Counted from the stretch's first letter, positions 21,401 to 31,517 are shown. The stretch: 64,000 bases of DNA from Andalucia godoyi And28 (GCA_009859145.1 VRVR01000016.1:279550-343549), one strand, 5' to 3'. Program-made: numbers and translations. The notes: generated from the letters alone by a model not told the origin.

Positions 21401-23008
21401 GCATTGAATTTGGCTGTTGAAAAGCATTCTGCAGGATCTCCAATTGTGAGACTTTTGGAAGCGAGCTTGGCTTCTCCCTGTCCGTTTTCGGATCGTGGAG
21501 AAACCGTGTTGCACGTGGCTTGCCGAAGCAATAGTCTTCAAGAAATCAAGATTGTCATGACAGACAGAACGCTGCTGAACCGACGAGATGTATCGGGGCT
21601 GACGCCATTGCATATTGCTTGCCATCGAGGAGAGCCTCGTATAGTTGAGTTTATCCTCCAGTGCGGTGCTTCTGTGCATCAACGCACAACAGGTTTGCTT
21701 CGAACTGCAATGCAGATTGTTTGCCGGACGCTGTCGGAAAAGAAAGGCGAGGCGTACTCGAAAGCCATGGAGTGTGTGGATCTGCTGTTGAAATCAGGTG
21801 CAAAGATCTGCTTTCCTCTCGATCATTTCGGAAAGAGCGCGCTTCACGAACTTCCGGAAGTTTTACTGCAGAAAGTCCCTGCTCATGAATTAACAAATCC
21901 GGTGGATGTCAAGTACCTGCCCAAAGTTCTCAGTGCGTTGCCTGGACCTTCTCGAGAAGCCTTCTTGGCTAAACTAAAATCCACGTGGGATTCCAATCTC
22001 GATGTTATTTTATCGAATCAGCCGTTTTGGCCATACGGGATTGGTTCGGTTGTCAAAGAATCCGGACGGACCATTGTTCCTCCTTCACTTCCTCTGTTTT
22101 CCTCTCAAGCTCGATCCAGAGCCCTTACTCCGAAGTTTCGGCCTTACGAAATACCCCTGTCGGAGCTGAAATTGCAAAAGGAGCTCGGCAGAGGAGCCTT
22201 TGGTGTCGTGTATCGAGGTGTCTGGCATGGCACAGATGTCGCCGTGAAACGACTTGAAAAAACACAGGTGTCGAACATCCCAGAAGACGTTCTTTTCAAT
22301 TCATTTGAATCCGAGGTATCCTTGTTGGCCGATTTGAGGCATCCGAATGTTGTGTTGTTTATGGGAGCGTCCTTCACTTCTGATGGCATCTTCTTCGTTA
22401 CAGAATTTTGCCATCACGGCTCTCTCTTTGATGTCCTTCATGATCTGAAGGCATTTCCGGACTCTTTGTTTACATTTCCGGTTCGCTTGAGAATGGCCGT
22501 GGACATTGCTCGAGGTATGACATATCTTCATTCTCAACGACCCCCGGTCATCCACCAGGACCTGAAGTCGATGAACGTACTTGTTAGCGATAGTTTGCAG
22601 TGCAAAGTCACTGATTTCGGCTTGTCAGCGGAGAAGTCCACGTATCGACCGATTGCATCCAGCGGAGGCACTCCTTACTATTGTGCTCCGGAGACCCTTA
22701 CCCAGCACCTGGCCAGCGAGGCTTCCGATGTCTATGCGTTTGGTGTGATCATGTACGAATTGCTTACGAGGGACTACCCGTTCCGGGAATTGGGTGCCAA
22801 TTTCACGATTGATACGTTCAAGCGGAAAGTCTGCGAGGAGAACAAGCGACCCAATTCCTCGCTTCCAGCTCCAAACAGCTTCAAAGGAGAGCGCGAGTGG
22901 ACGACGCTGATGGAGAGATGCTGGCATGCGAACACCAGTCTCCGTCCGTCCTTTGAGGAAACGCTTGGAAAACTCCTGGAACTGCAGAGTATGATTGCTC
23001 CTTTGTAG
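18431..23008 (+). CDS. PH-like domains + ankyrin repeats + tyrosine-kinase-like (TKL) protein kinase
   Basis: Ankyrin motifs (G.TALHVA, GETVLHVAC, GLTPLHIAC); kinase motifs LGRGAFGVVY, VAVK, HQDLKSMN, DFGLS, GTPYYCAPE, DVYAFG; probable ATG at 18431. Confidence 0.9.
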   Translation: MSQPPKLLIPPPIPGGERAKSPRIAALSARFEQIDLANSPAANPRPPPAQGSPTFGSNPSSSALESPVHGGGSGMNRLRSPSSIGSNQKLLAVPAPPRLVGALPPSAASDAVAAATATTSLAAGSPVGAPIASAPGGPPSSAFVFSDRTGSVWFRSSSLFKNSWKRRTIRFSGDNLYVYRDGKDSEAAVVSILQCDVFAPVSPVVNGPREVSSGMLYSICIVSPFCDDVTFAVESEPERASWLLSFSRTTNPSLLRSLGPSFSFRGFLKRQLASKRMAYRCVAVTHGFFLFFVPRKSDLVLKYSIPLALVESSVHGSSLTISCPRDFCTGDEDGGDNVAKKEFLFDAECDVRAVRLGSVIESERANLLRRTEYTGALRNVQFKVSVLTQNRSVRVQVGTGEYTFPLASPDLSILIGALTSQAPDVRPNPPIVASYIGPIAHAVLDEFSGDLQHPAVLRFLQINSLARIVNSADFSYLDDVLAAFDKSNQKDLIEACSIALRESRAALLSRFIPLLSSQSLVRVLSMQLNSSDLNGILSAFKDITEPIVTALAINVARGNMQNVQAFLHRFPSIVSEKVGSVVLNSEDSRICASSIPVPCSLLHVAAWENHADLTALLVSKHPKSLTTFDGKGRTVLFSAVRNAQQDSVLVLLKTSHVRTEDLHLGSNPLLHYAVAFNCPKVVDFLAAKNINNMLTLKDANGLLPYDVGIHSGTTDCLRVLLQYSPLTRQLLTTLLSEDRFGVLIERVVENIEKFKNVAEAFEAILGIGRVEPLRKFISKFYRVPVLCGDVLFSVPQTAVISLLNTAVASQMEIEETLDFLSSYVDLDVVSAEGLTALHVALSKQYLGCVKLLLSRGACATICEPSYGCSALHTAVLLQNTDAISLLLSSEHCDPNQRTFEKMILNPADEDMLVSLGPVTDRPGKTPLNMSFSVRDYPTMSLLLERGAVPHFAGILHNCVEKGDLKAVELLVRYGANVRALASGGPKDKMSALNLAVEKHSAGSPIVRLLEASLASPCPFSDRGETVLHVACRSNSLQEIKIVMTDRTLLNRRDVSGLTPLHIACHRGEPRIVEFILQCGASVHQRTTGLLRTAMQIVCRTLSEKKGEAYSKAMECVDLLLKSGAKICFPLDHFGKSALHELPEVLLQKVPAHELTNPVDVKYLPKVLSALPGPSREAFLAKLKSTWDSNLDVILSNQPFWPYGIGSVVKESGRTIVPPSLPLFSSQARSRALTPKFRPYEIPLSELKLQKELGRGAFGVVYRGVWHGTDVAVKRLEKTQVSNIPEDVLFNSFESEVSLLADLRHPNVVLFMGASFTSDGIFFVTEFCHHGSLFDVLHDLKAFPDSLFTFPVRLRMAVDIARGMTYLHSQRPPVIHQDLKSMNVLVSDSLQCKVTDFGLSAEKSTYRPIASSGGTPYYCAPETLTQHLASEASDVYAFGVIMYELLTRDYPFRELGANFTIDTFKRKVCEENKRPNSSLPAPNSFKGEREWTTLMERCWHANTSLRPSFEETLGKLLELQSMIAPL

Positions 23009-23010
23009 CA

Positions 23011-23042
<32 letters not shown>
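23011..23042. repeat. (TAT)n microsatellite between convergent stop codons
   Basis: Direct reading. Confidence 0.9.
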
Positions 23043-23043
<1 letters not shown>

Positions 23044-23096
23044 ATCAATTATTATGCATTAAAACACATTTTCTATATGATTCATGATTCGTCGTT

Positions 23097-24383
23097 TTAT
23101 CGGACTGTCTGATCGACTACTTCCCCAGCGAGTGTATACAAACGCGGAATGCGATTGGCCAGAGACGTTGCGCCCTCGTACGAGATGGAGTTCAGGATGT
23201 TGGCTCGCCCAGAGATGGAAGTCTCGGGGTCATAGTCCGCCGTTACCAGCTCGAAAATGTCATTTAGGGTCGTATCTTCAGGCACACGCACGGTTACTTG
23301 GTCCATGGAAACGCGGCCGACAACTGGGCACAGAATTCCTTTTCGGCTGTGTCGCACCCACGCGCGGTTTGAAAACGCACGAGAAAATCCATCCGCATAT
23401 CCAAACGAAAACGTTGCGATGCATTCCTTTCCGTCCACAGCGGCAGGAAGAAACTCTGCAGTCCCGAGCTTCGAAGAAACAATGCGGCGATTCTCGCTGC
23501 GGCCGACAGTGTACGTACCTCCATAGCCAATGCGATCGCCCTTTTCACACGTCTTGACTAACGTTGGCTGCGCAAGGACCGAGAGCAACGGCTGGAAATC
23601 CATGCCATCAAAGCACGGGGGCGTAGCAATCCCTGGGTCCAGGCCATACATGGCAATCCCAGGACGAACGCAATCAAAGGCTACGGCTCTTCCGTACCGC
23701 AGAATAGCACCCGAGTTTGCCACATGCACAATCGGTTTTGAATGGCCTATCCGCGCATTCAGCGGTGCAATGGTCCTCAGCGTCTCCACAAACCTCTGAA
23801 GCTGCAGTTCAGTGCCAGCAGCGTCGTCGGAGGAATCTGCAAAGTGTGTATACAAGCCACCGATCCTCAGACCAAGTTGACTGGCAATTGCGTACGCTTC
23901 CACCAAAGACTCGTTCCTTCCTTGCGTGTGCACAGAGTACCCAACACGACCCATTCCTGAATCCAGTTTCAGATGCACACGTGCACGATGCATTGCATTC
24001 TGCGCTCTGCACTCTTCGACGAACCTCGAGAGAACTTCATTCGAGCTCACTGTTGGCTCGACATGGTCCGACATTTCGACAATCTCAGGAATATCACTCA
24101 TCGGCAGAGATCCGAGTACAAGAATGTGCGGGAGCTGGCTCGATGGCATTTGGGAGGATTTCATAAACGACAAGATCTGCTTGGCTTCCCATGCCGTCGC
24201 TACTGCTAGCCTCCGAATTCCGAATCGCGAAACCAATGCGCTGGAAACAGGAATCGCTCCGTGACCGTACGCATTGGCCTTCACAACAGCCATCAGTTCG
24301 CACTGCGGTCCCGCCAAGCTCCGAAGCCGGCTCACGTTGTGCTGCAGAGCATCCAGCGAAACCTGGATCCACGTCGACCGCAT
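23097..24383 (-). CDS. alr: Bacterial-type PLP-dependent alanine racemase
   Basis: AVVKANAYGHGA (PLP Lys), HLKLDSGMGRVG, VHVANSG, VRPGIAMYG, IGYGGTY (catalytic Tyr), GYADG, VVGRVSMDQ, SISYE...RIPRLY. Confidence 0.95.
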   Translation of the reverse strand: MRSTWIQVSLDALQHNVSRLRSLAGPQCELMAVVKANAYGHGAIPVSSALVSRFGIRRLAVATAWEAKQILSFMKSSQMPSSQLPHILVLGSLPMSDIPEIVEMSDHVEPTVSSNEVLSRFVEECRAQNAMHRARVHLKLDSGMGRVGYSVHTQGRNESLVEAYAIASQLGLRIGGLYTHFADSSDDAAGTELQLQRFVETLRTIAPLNARIGHSKPIVHVANSGAILRYGRAVAFDCVRPGIAMYGLDPGIATPPCFDGMDFQPLLSVLAQPTLVKTCEKGDRIGYGGTYTVGRSENRRIVSSKLGTAEFLPAAVDGKECIATFSFGYADGFSRAFSNRAWVRHSRKGILCPVVGRVSMDQVTVRVPEDTTLNDIFELVTADYDPETSISGRANILNSISYEGATSLANRIPRLYTLAGEVVDQTVR

Positions 24384-24684
24384 CTTTTTCTTCCCCCTGC
24401 AATTCGGATCGTGATTTGTGAAACCAACAAAACCAAAAAAAAGAACCCAAAAATAAAATAAAATAACATAAATAACAACAACAAAAAACCGTGTTTTCGC
24501 TTTCTTCTGTATACTTTTTGTTTATGTTCCTGCGTCATCTGTTACGGAGGTTATGACCTGCACAACGAGCCATCAGACAAGAGAATCCTATTGATAATGA
24601 AGCATTGGGGAGGTCTGTTTACAAGGAGGCTCGCAATAGAAACCCAAAGGTGTGAGAGAGAAGAGATAATAAAACAGTAATCAT

Positions 24685-24686
<2 letters not shown>

Positions 24687-24722
<36 letters not shown>
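24687..24722. repeat. (CAGCAA)6 microsatellite
   Basis: Direct reading. Confidence 0.9.
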
Positions 24723-24725
<3 letters not shown>

Positions 24726-24775
24726 TATCAGCAGAAACAGCAGTGCATGCAAAGAACAGGAGCAGGTGTCGTCCT

Positions 24776-27499
24776 TTACGCGATGAGAACGAGCTTCCAG
24801 TTCTTGACAGTGGGAGCGCGTATGGCTTCGACGGTCAATACGGACTTTGAAGCGTCCCAGATAAATGACTTCTTTTCTCGAAGCAATGTGTTGTCAATGC
24901 CGCTCGTGGCGTCAGCGGCATCAGATTCGAGGAACACTCCCGAGGGCTGCTTGGAGAGCCCCAATACAACGACCTTGTCAACGACCGACCCATCGTCGAA
25001 GCGAGACGGCAATGCGCGTTGCTGCGAAAGAGGGCTCCAGGGCGCAGCAACTCCCACAAGATCTCCGGCACTGTTCTGGATGATGTTTCCTTCTAGCGAA
25101 AATCTTCGAACGGAAAATTTCGATCCCTTCTCAGCGGTGTAATCGAACGAATGGCCATCGTCAAGGTACAGGATGCCGGATGCAAGACCCTTCTTGTCGG
25201 CGACAACGACAAGTGTGAAAGGATCGCCAAGCATCTGTGCGGACGACCGGCGGGGGCGCTCGCGACGAGAGAAAATATATCCAGATCGGAGGAAGACTGG
25301 GGTAACTCCAATGGGCGCAGGAACAGAGTGCGTCTTTGCATCATGATCGGAATTGGAATCACACTCATACTTTGCAAAGGTTGACAGGTGATACCACGAA
25401 CTCGCACACGGGAGACGAACGGCAGCCTCGACAGAGCCTGCTTCCGTTACCGGTCGCACAAGAATTCCATCTCCAAGCATGAACGTATCCTGGGACTTCC
25501 AAAACGACGAGGAATTTTCAAGACCTTTGGCCAAAAACACGGGGCGCATCGCCGGAACTCCGCTGTGCTCGTGTTCCCAGAACAGCGTGTACCAGACAGG
25601 AAGGAAGGAATATCGACCGGAGGTAATGCGAGCCATTTGCGCAGCAATATCATCACCAAACACCCAGGGCTCACGACGCTTCGTTTCCAAGTGTGCATGT
25701 CCTCGGAAAAACGGTTGCCATGCAGCGGCTTCGTTCCAGCGAACCCAAAGTTCGGTGTCTGGATTTCCAAAGAAGCCGCCGACATCTGCACCAACAAAGG
25801 GAATGCCAGAGAGACCAAGAGTAAGAAGCATTGGTATGGACGCCTTCAGATGCTCCCAAGTCGCCGTGTTGTCGCCGGTCCAGACTGCGGCGTATCGCTG
25901 CGACCCAGCATAGAACGAGCGAGTAAGAATAAACGGACGGTCGTTCAGATCCTTGTTGCGCTTCACAAGGCCGTCGTAGGTTGCCATAGAGTGGTAGAAG
26001 CCATACAGGTTATGCAAACGGCTATGCGGAACGTTGCCGTGATGCACCGCCTGCTTGTCCATTGAAATCTCAGGGCCATTGAAGACAGATGGCTCGTTCA
26101 TATCAATCCACGTATACAAATTCGGAGTAGCACCTTCATAGGAATCGTATGAAAAAAGAGACCCGTACCAATTCCGGACTTCAGGGTTGACAAAGTCCAG
26201 CCACGAAGAAGATCCAGACCAGCACCAACCTTCATAGTCTTCATTGCTTCCTTGCGACTTTTTGACATAATAGTTTCGTTCTACTGCAGTCTTGTGGACA
26301 TGATAATCGTCAACTCGCTTGATATGCGGATCCGAGATTGTAACCATTTTTCTGCCATCTGCAGCGACACGGTCCTGCATGGCCTTGGGGCTCGGGAACA
26401 GCAATTTATCCCACGTGAAGTATCTCTTTCCGTTCGTATGCTCGATGTCCAGCCAGATGACATCGAGTGGAATTCCGTATCGATTAAACTCCGAGTTGAT
26501 CATCAAGACGTCCTGCTCATCGCGGTAGTTCCAGCGACACTGGTGATACCCGAGAGAAAACAGCTGTGGAAGCGGGGTGGTTCCAGTGAGGAACGCATAC
26601 TTTTGCAAAATGGAGCGCACCGAATCTCCCTGGAAAAAAAAGATATCAATCGGATGCTCTTCTGCAATAAACCGAACGTCCACATACGCATCGTCCGCGT
26701 ACGAAACATCAACGAAAATCTGTCCTCCATTCATCACAAAGATTCCCACGACACCGTGTTCACCCTGTCCAATAACAAGAGGAATCGATCCGTAGAGCCC
26801 AACCTTGTTGTTGATTTCGTACTCGAAGACATCCGAATTCCACAGCCGAATCGGTTCTGCGTTTGCATTCTCACTGCCTTCCTTCTTCAACAGTGTGTCC
26901 ACGGTTTGCGGAACATGAAGATCCAACGCATGCTCCGGAACACCGTAAATCGCAGACACTCCATACAGTCTGAAATCAGAAGCCCACGACGACGACGGCT
27001 CTTCGAGTACCTGCAGCTGGTCATTTGCATTCATTTCGACCTGAGCCTTGTTGTCGTTTCTTCCAACACTGAATCGAAATGGCGACGTCTTCACAGAAAC
27101 CAATGAGTCTCCGTTTGTCAAAACCAGGGATTCTCGCGTATGCGTACTTGGTGGTTGAATTGTGTACTGCCTGTGTGTTGCTCGCGGCAAAAGAACGTCA
27201 GAGAGTGAAAACGGGCGCTCTTGGCCAATCGACTCCAAACTCAAGCGAACGATGCCGTGCTCCAAAAACTTGGCCTCTGCGTTCAGTTTGTTCGACAGAG
27301 TAAATCCAAGCGACTTTCCATATGTAAACGAAGACGAATCGACTGAAAAATGTCCAGACTCAGGAAGATGCGCAAGATCTCGGAGATGCTTGCAAAAGTC
27401 CTGATCGCGACACTGCTTGAACTTGGATTGGTCAAAGCACGATACACCGACGACTGCGGCACTCACAATCAGAACAGCGAACCATGTAAACCTCATCAT
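24776..27499 (-). CDS. GANAB: Glucosidase II alpha subunit (GH31)
   Basis: Signal peptide; FKQCRDQDFC; GYHQCRWNY; WLDIEHT; WIDMNEPSVF; WTGDN; FFRGHAH. Confidence 0.93.
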   Translation of the reverse strand: MMRFTWFAVLIVSAAVVGVSCFDQSKFKQCRDQDFCKHLRDLAHLPESGHFSVDSSSFTYGKSLGFTLSNKLNAEAKFLEHGIVRLSLESIGQERPFSLSDVLLPRATHRQYTIQPPSTHTRESLVLTNGDSLVSVKTSPFRFSVGRNDNKAQVEMNANDQLQVLEEPSSSWASDFRLYGVSAIYGVPEHALDLHVPQTVDTLLKKEGSENANAEPIRLWNSDVFEYEINNKVGLYGSIPLVIGQGEHGVVGIFVMNGGQIFVDVSYADDAYVDVRFIAEEHPIDIFFFQGDSVRSILQKYAFLTGTTPLPQLFSLGYHQCRWNYRDEQDVLMINSEFNRYGIPLDVIWLDIEHTNGKRYFTWDKLLFPSPKAMQDRVAADGRKMVTISDPHIKRVDDYHVHKTAVERNYYVKKSQGSNEDYEGWCWSGSSSWLDFVNPEVRNWYGSLFSYDSYEGATPNLYTWIDMNEPSVFNGPEISMDKQAVHHGNVPHSRLHNLYGFYHSMATYDGLVKRNKDLNDRPFILTRSFYAGSQRYAAVWTGDNTATWEHLKASIPMLLTLGLSGIPFVGADVGGFFGNPDTELWVRWNEAAAWQPFFRGHAHLETKRREPWVFGDDIAAQMARITSGRYSFLPVWYTLFWEHEHSGVPAMRPVFLAKGLENSSSFWKSQDTFMLGDGILVRPVTEAGSVEAAVRLPCASSWYHLSTFAKYECDSNSDHDAKTHSVPAPIGVTPVFLRSGYIFSRRERPRRSSAQMLGDPFTLVVVADKKGLASGILYLDDGHSFDYTAEKGSKFSVRRFSLEGNIIQNSAGDLVGVAAPWSPLSQQRALPSRFDDGSVVDKVVVLGLSKQPSGVFLESDAADATSGIDNTLLREKKSFIWDASKSVLTVEAIRAPTVKNWKLVLIA

Positions 27500-27895
27500 C
27501 CACCAAGAAGGAGAAAGAAAAATACCAAAACCAAATTAAAAGAATTTCATGCAAATAAAAACACAAACAGAAAACGAAAGACAAAAGAAAACACAACACG
27601 ATAGGAAAAAGACTAGAACAAAGGAAATGGACAACACGTCATGCATTTTTTACGATTCAATTGACGCAAGAGACGTTCTTCCTGCTGTAAAAGCAAATTC
27701 CGTACAGTACTGTAGAAGTTCAAAGACAGTGTCTCTCTCCTCTTTTGAGGGTTTTCTTGTTACCAACAAAACAAACAATAAATAATAATACTAATATATA
27801 ATGATATTTATTAATAAAAGAAAAAGGGCAAAAGGGACGCAGAATACAAAGCAAAAACAGCAGGAGGAGAGAGAAGACGCAAAATAAAAACCGCA

Positions 27896-29308
27896 ATGAA
27901 GGTTCTGAGAGTGGTGAGTGTTGCGTGTGGTCTGTTTCTGATCCTGGCTGTTGGCGCAGCAGCGGTTGACTTGGTCGTTGACATGGATGTGGATATCTCT
28001 GCGCAAGGGTATCGCCCAACGGATGGGCTACGGTCTCGACTACAACAGTGGGTGTCGACACACATGGATGCTCGGGCGGAGCGCCTGGGCGAGTGGATCC
28101 GAGCGGCGCCGCTGCAGGGAAAAGAAACTGCGATCCAAAACCTGATTATGGAAGACTTGCGCAAGCTGGACAACTTTTCCGTGTCGAGTTACACCATGGA
28201 TCTGACCACGATGCGTTCGTCCAAGTACTTCCACTCTCCACGAACCGACTTTTCGTCGTCGCCGATTGTGATTGGAGAGTACAAGAGCACAATGCCCTCC
28301 GCTCGTCAGATTATTCTGAATGGCCACGTCGATGTGGTGCCGGCTCCGTATGAAGATGCCTTCTCCGGATCCTATGAAAACGGCCGGGTTCACGGCCGAG
28401 GTTCGACGGATATGCTTGGCGGTATTATGTGCAATCTGATGGCGGTCCAAGCGCTGCAGGAGCTCAAAAGGCCTTTGAAGGGCTCCATTGTTTTTCAGTC
28501 CGTGGTTGAGGAGGAATCTGGAGGTGCCGGAACGCTTTCCACGCTGCTCGCGCCGTTCCATTCGCACTGGACACAGGCTCCCGAAGCCGTAGCGTTGATC
28601 CCTGAGCCGTCTAATATGGAGCTGTTTTCTGTGCAGCAAGGATCCACGTGGTTCCGAATCTCCGTGAAAGGGAAAACTGCACATGGGGCGTCGCGGTACC
28701 ATGGAGTATCGGCCATTGAGAAGTCCATGGTTGTGCTGCAGGCGATTCTGCACATCGAAAAACAAAGAAACGAAAAGCTGGTCAGCGATCCGCTGTTCAG
28801 TTCCACGCTTCCGATTCCGAGCCCGATCAATGTGGGCCGACTCGGTCAGTGTGGAGAATGGCCGTCGTCCGTTGCTTCGTCTTGCATTTTGGAAGGTCGT
28901 TTGGGAGTTTTGGTTGGAGAAGATCTGTTGGAGGCTCGAGCAACGTTTGAAACGATGCTCTTTGACGAAGTGCACCGACGCGATCACTGGTTCGTTAGCG
29001 AGCCGGAAGCACTCAAGATTGAGTTCTTTGGAGCTGCTTGGCCCTCTGGTGGTTCGCCTCCCGGTCATCCAATGATTAAGATCCTGCGAGATCTCGAGAT
29101 GGAAGAAGGTCGATTGTTGGACCTCAAGGCGTCGCCGTGGGCAACCGACGGCGGGTATCTCTCAGCGGTTGGAGGCATTCCGGCACTTGTCATTGGTCCT
29201 GGAGATTCCAGACTTGCTCACCAGGCCGGCGAGTCCGTGTCAATGGACAGCATTGGTCGCTGCGCAGTTCTCTATGCGCTCGCAATTGACCGCTACTTGG
29301 GTATCTGA
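27896..29308 (+). CDS. M20A family metallo-deacylase (ArgE/DapE-like) with N-terminal signal peptide
   Basis: LNGHVDVVP, GRGSTDMLGG, VVEEESGGAGT, PEPS...QQGSTWF, AHGASRYHGVSAIEK, PWATDGG, GPG...AHQAGE; hydrophobic leader MKVLRVVSVACGLFLILAVGAAA. Confidence 0.9.
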   Translation: MKVLRVVSVACGLFLILAVGAAAVDLVVDMDVDISAQGYRPTDGLRSRLQQWVSTHMDARAERLGEWIRAAPLQGKETAIQNLIMEDLRKLDNFSVSSYTMDLTTMRSSKYFHSPRTDFSSSPIVIGEYKSTMPSARQIILNGHVDVVPAPYEDAFSGSYENGRVHGRGSTDMLGGIMCNLMAVQALQELKRPLKGSIVFQSVVEEESGGAGTLSTLLAPFHSHWTQAPEAVALIPEPSNMELFSVQQGSTWFRISVKGKTAHGASRYHGVSAIEKSMVVLQAILHIEKQRNEKLVSDPLFSSTLPIPSPINVGRLGQCGEWPSSVASSCILEGRLGVLVGEDLLEARATFETMLFDEVHRRDHWFVSEPEALKIEFFGAAWPSGGSPPGHPMIKILRDLEMEEGRLLDLKASPWATDGGYLSAVGGIPALVIGPGDSRLAHQAGESVSMDSIGRCAVLYALAIDRYLGI

Positions 29309-30017
29309 TGCACTCGCCGTCTCTCTTCTTATTGTTATTACTATCATGATCGCTCTCATTGTCGGTTAAAGCATATTTGTGTTATCGCTGCACGAATTCG
29401 GGACAGAATGATCATCATCATCGTCATTAACAACAGCAACAACAACAACCAAAACAAACAAACAAAAAACAGTTGCTGCACAGGAGTGCAGAGTATCGGG
29501 TTCGACAAGTCCACGTTGCGACAGAGAAAGCAGACACGTCAAAGACGCGCAGTATTTGGCAGCGCGCAGTGCGGAGAGTAGCGACAATTGCTGTGGGTGT
29601 GGTGTGGAGAGGGTGTATGAGCAGACCACAAGCGGCATCCAGTAAACGAACGATCGAGACGAAGTCCACTTCAACTTAATGTGCCCTTCTTCTTCTTTTC
29701 TCCAATCTCTGTGCTCTCTCAGCAAGCCAGTAGGATGTGAGCCTGCGACACAAAAACCATGCATGGGGGGGTTGGTAGAGGGAAAAAAAGAATACGACTT
29801 ACGGACTTGTTTTGGGTGAATCAGTATTTCAATAATAATAATAATAGTAATAAGCATTTGTCGTTCGCTGTTGAATATTGTAATTTATCTTGGCTTGTTT
29901 CACGCTGTCCAGTCCACCACTCCAGTCTCTCGGCACCAGCAGCACAGCAAAGAGAAAAATTATATTCAAAAAACAATATTAATAATATTATAATCCAAAA
30001 AAAAAAAAAAATTATAA

Positions 30018-31517
30018 ATGGAGGCGGCAATCGACGTCGAGGTCTCTGCATCAGCATCAACACCACCGAGGCCCGACTCTGGGTCTGGGTCTGGGGCTGG
30101 GGCTGTGGAGCCGGCAGTTGGGCACGAAGCGGAGAACGTGCAGATGAATGTCGTTATCGAACCAATCTATCCTGCGCCACCTAGCTATGAAGCAGCGTAC
30201 TTTAATCAACTACGCCACACTCTTCCTCGTTCGGTATACGAAATGGTTTTAGCGCAAATGCGTCGGCGGGCCTTTGAGCGCATGCTTCCGTCGGTCTCCG
30301 AGATGCGTGTTCCCGAGCAATGGACATCTCACCGGTCACTCTTGAACACTATTGATCAGTGTCATCACTGTTGCTGGTGGATCCTCTTTTCCCTCACCGC
30401 GAGCATTACTCTTTTGGAGTGTATGCTGGACGGCTACATTTCGAACACCTCGTATTCCGTCTGCCTTGCCCCGCTTTACATTTGGTCCATAACAGTGCTG
30501 TTTTGCGCGGTTCTAGTGTTCTCGTTTGCAGCCAACAATCCAATGTGGATCCGCTACATTGCGTCTTGTCCTGGCTGCTCCGAGTACCCGGGCTTCCGGC
30601 ACTTCTTCACCATCATCGCAGCGCACGTGCTTGTGCAGTGCATTGTAACGCATGTGTACATTAATGCAGCAGAAAACGCGAAGGCGCCTGCACCAGTATC
30701 TCCAGCACTTGTTTTTCTACCCTTGTTTTCTCTCGGATGCCTCGTCGCTGCCTCGTCCGGTATCCCTCTTCATGTGCATCGCAAGTGCAAACAACCGTTA
30801 TCCCAAGCTCTGATGTGGATCGGCGGAACCGTCTCTCTTCAGTCGTTCCTTCTCGCCACGAATCTTTTTCTAGGATCTCCGATTTCATGGCCTCTCGCCC
30901 TGCTTCCTACCATCCTTGTTCTTTCATTCTGGCTCATCACATCTTCTATCCACCTCGGCCCTCCTGCCACCGCCACCTCCGCCATCGCCACGACCATGAC
31001 GACGAGTACTGCTACTAACATTCCGCATGTACAGCCCAGTGAACATGATGATGGGGATGCGGAAAGCGACATGGATCTGCAAACAGAGAGCAGCAGCAGC
31101 AGCACGGTGAACAGTGTGCACTCCAGTGTCACCTCGTCGCTGCATTCGCTGATTCGCCACTCGGTGACGGTCGAAATCACAGATGCACGTTCCGCCCCAG
31201 ACCCAGAATCGCTCGTCTACGTCCACTCCGCACACGCCAACATGCGTGACAGCGACGACGCCAACGACGGCAGCAGCCGCCGCCACCACCAGCCGAGTGG
31301 AGAGCCGCGCGCCGACAGCGACGATGCTGGCCAACAGCTTGCGAATTGGGGCTGGATTTTCACAACCATGACCACCGGCCTTATCTCAGTTCTTCTATGG
31401 TCACTCCAACTCTCGAACGTCACCTCTGTTTTTCTCCCTGCGTCCCTCTCTCTCCTGCTCTTCTCATGGATGTCCGTCCTTACCGTCCGTAGTCTGTCCA
31501 TGCATTGGTTCAAATAA
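30018..31517 (+). CDS. Multi-pass membrane protein, weakly TMEM185/TMEM60-like
   Basis: 499 aa ATG ORF with about 8 hydrophobic segments and YSVCLAPLYIW / VFLPLF / W.LALLP motifs. Confidence 0.6.
   Translation: MEAAIDVEVSASASTPPRPDSGSGSGAGAVEPAVGHEAENVQMNVVIEPIYPAPPSYEAAYFNQLRHTLPRSVYEMVLAQMRRRAFERMLPSVSEMRVPEQWTSHRSLLNTIDQCHHCCWWILFSLTASITLLECMLDGYISNTSYSVCLAPLYIWSITVLFCAVLVFSFAANNPMWIRYIASCPGCSEYPGFRHFFTIIAAHVLVQCIVTHVYINAAENAKAPAPVSPALVFLPLFSLGCLVAASSGIPLHVHRKCKQPLSQALMWIGGTVSLQSFLLATNLFLGSPISWPLALLPTILVLSFWLITSSIHLGPPATATSAIATTMTTSTATNIPHVQPSEHDDGDAESDMDLQTESSSSSTVNSVHSSVTSSLHSLIRHSVTVEITDARSAPDPESLVYVHSAHANMRDSDDANDGSSRRHHQPSGEPRADSDDAGQQLANWGWIFTTMTTGLISVLLWSLQLSNVTSVFLPASLSLLLFSWMSVLTVRSLSMHWFK

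Noticed and set aside
28040-29068. 342 aa minus-strand ORF; similar shadows at 47541-48476, 52934-53950, 37051-37908, 38269-39219, 26252-27106
   Set aside because: Antisense to well-supported genes with no recognisable motifs
29366-29857. Possible small minus-strand gene between the M20 and TM genes
   Set aside because: Overlapping ORFs without recognisable motifs, partly microsatellite-derived; cannot be supported
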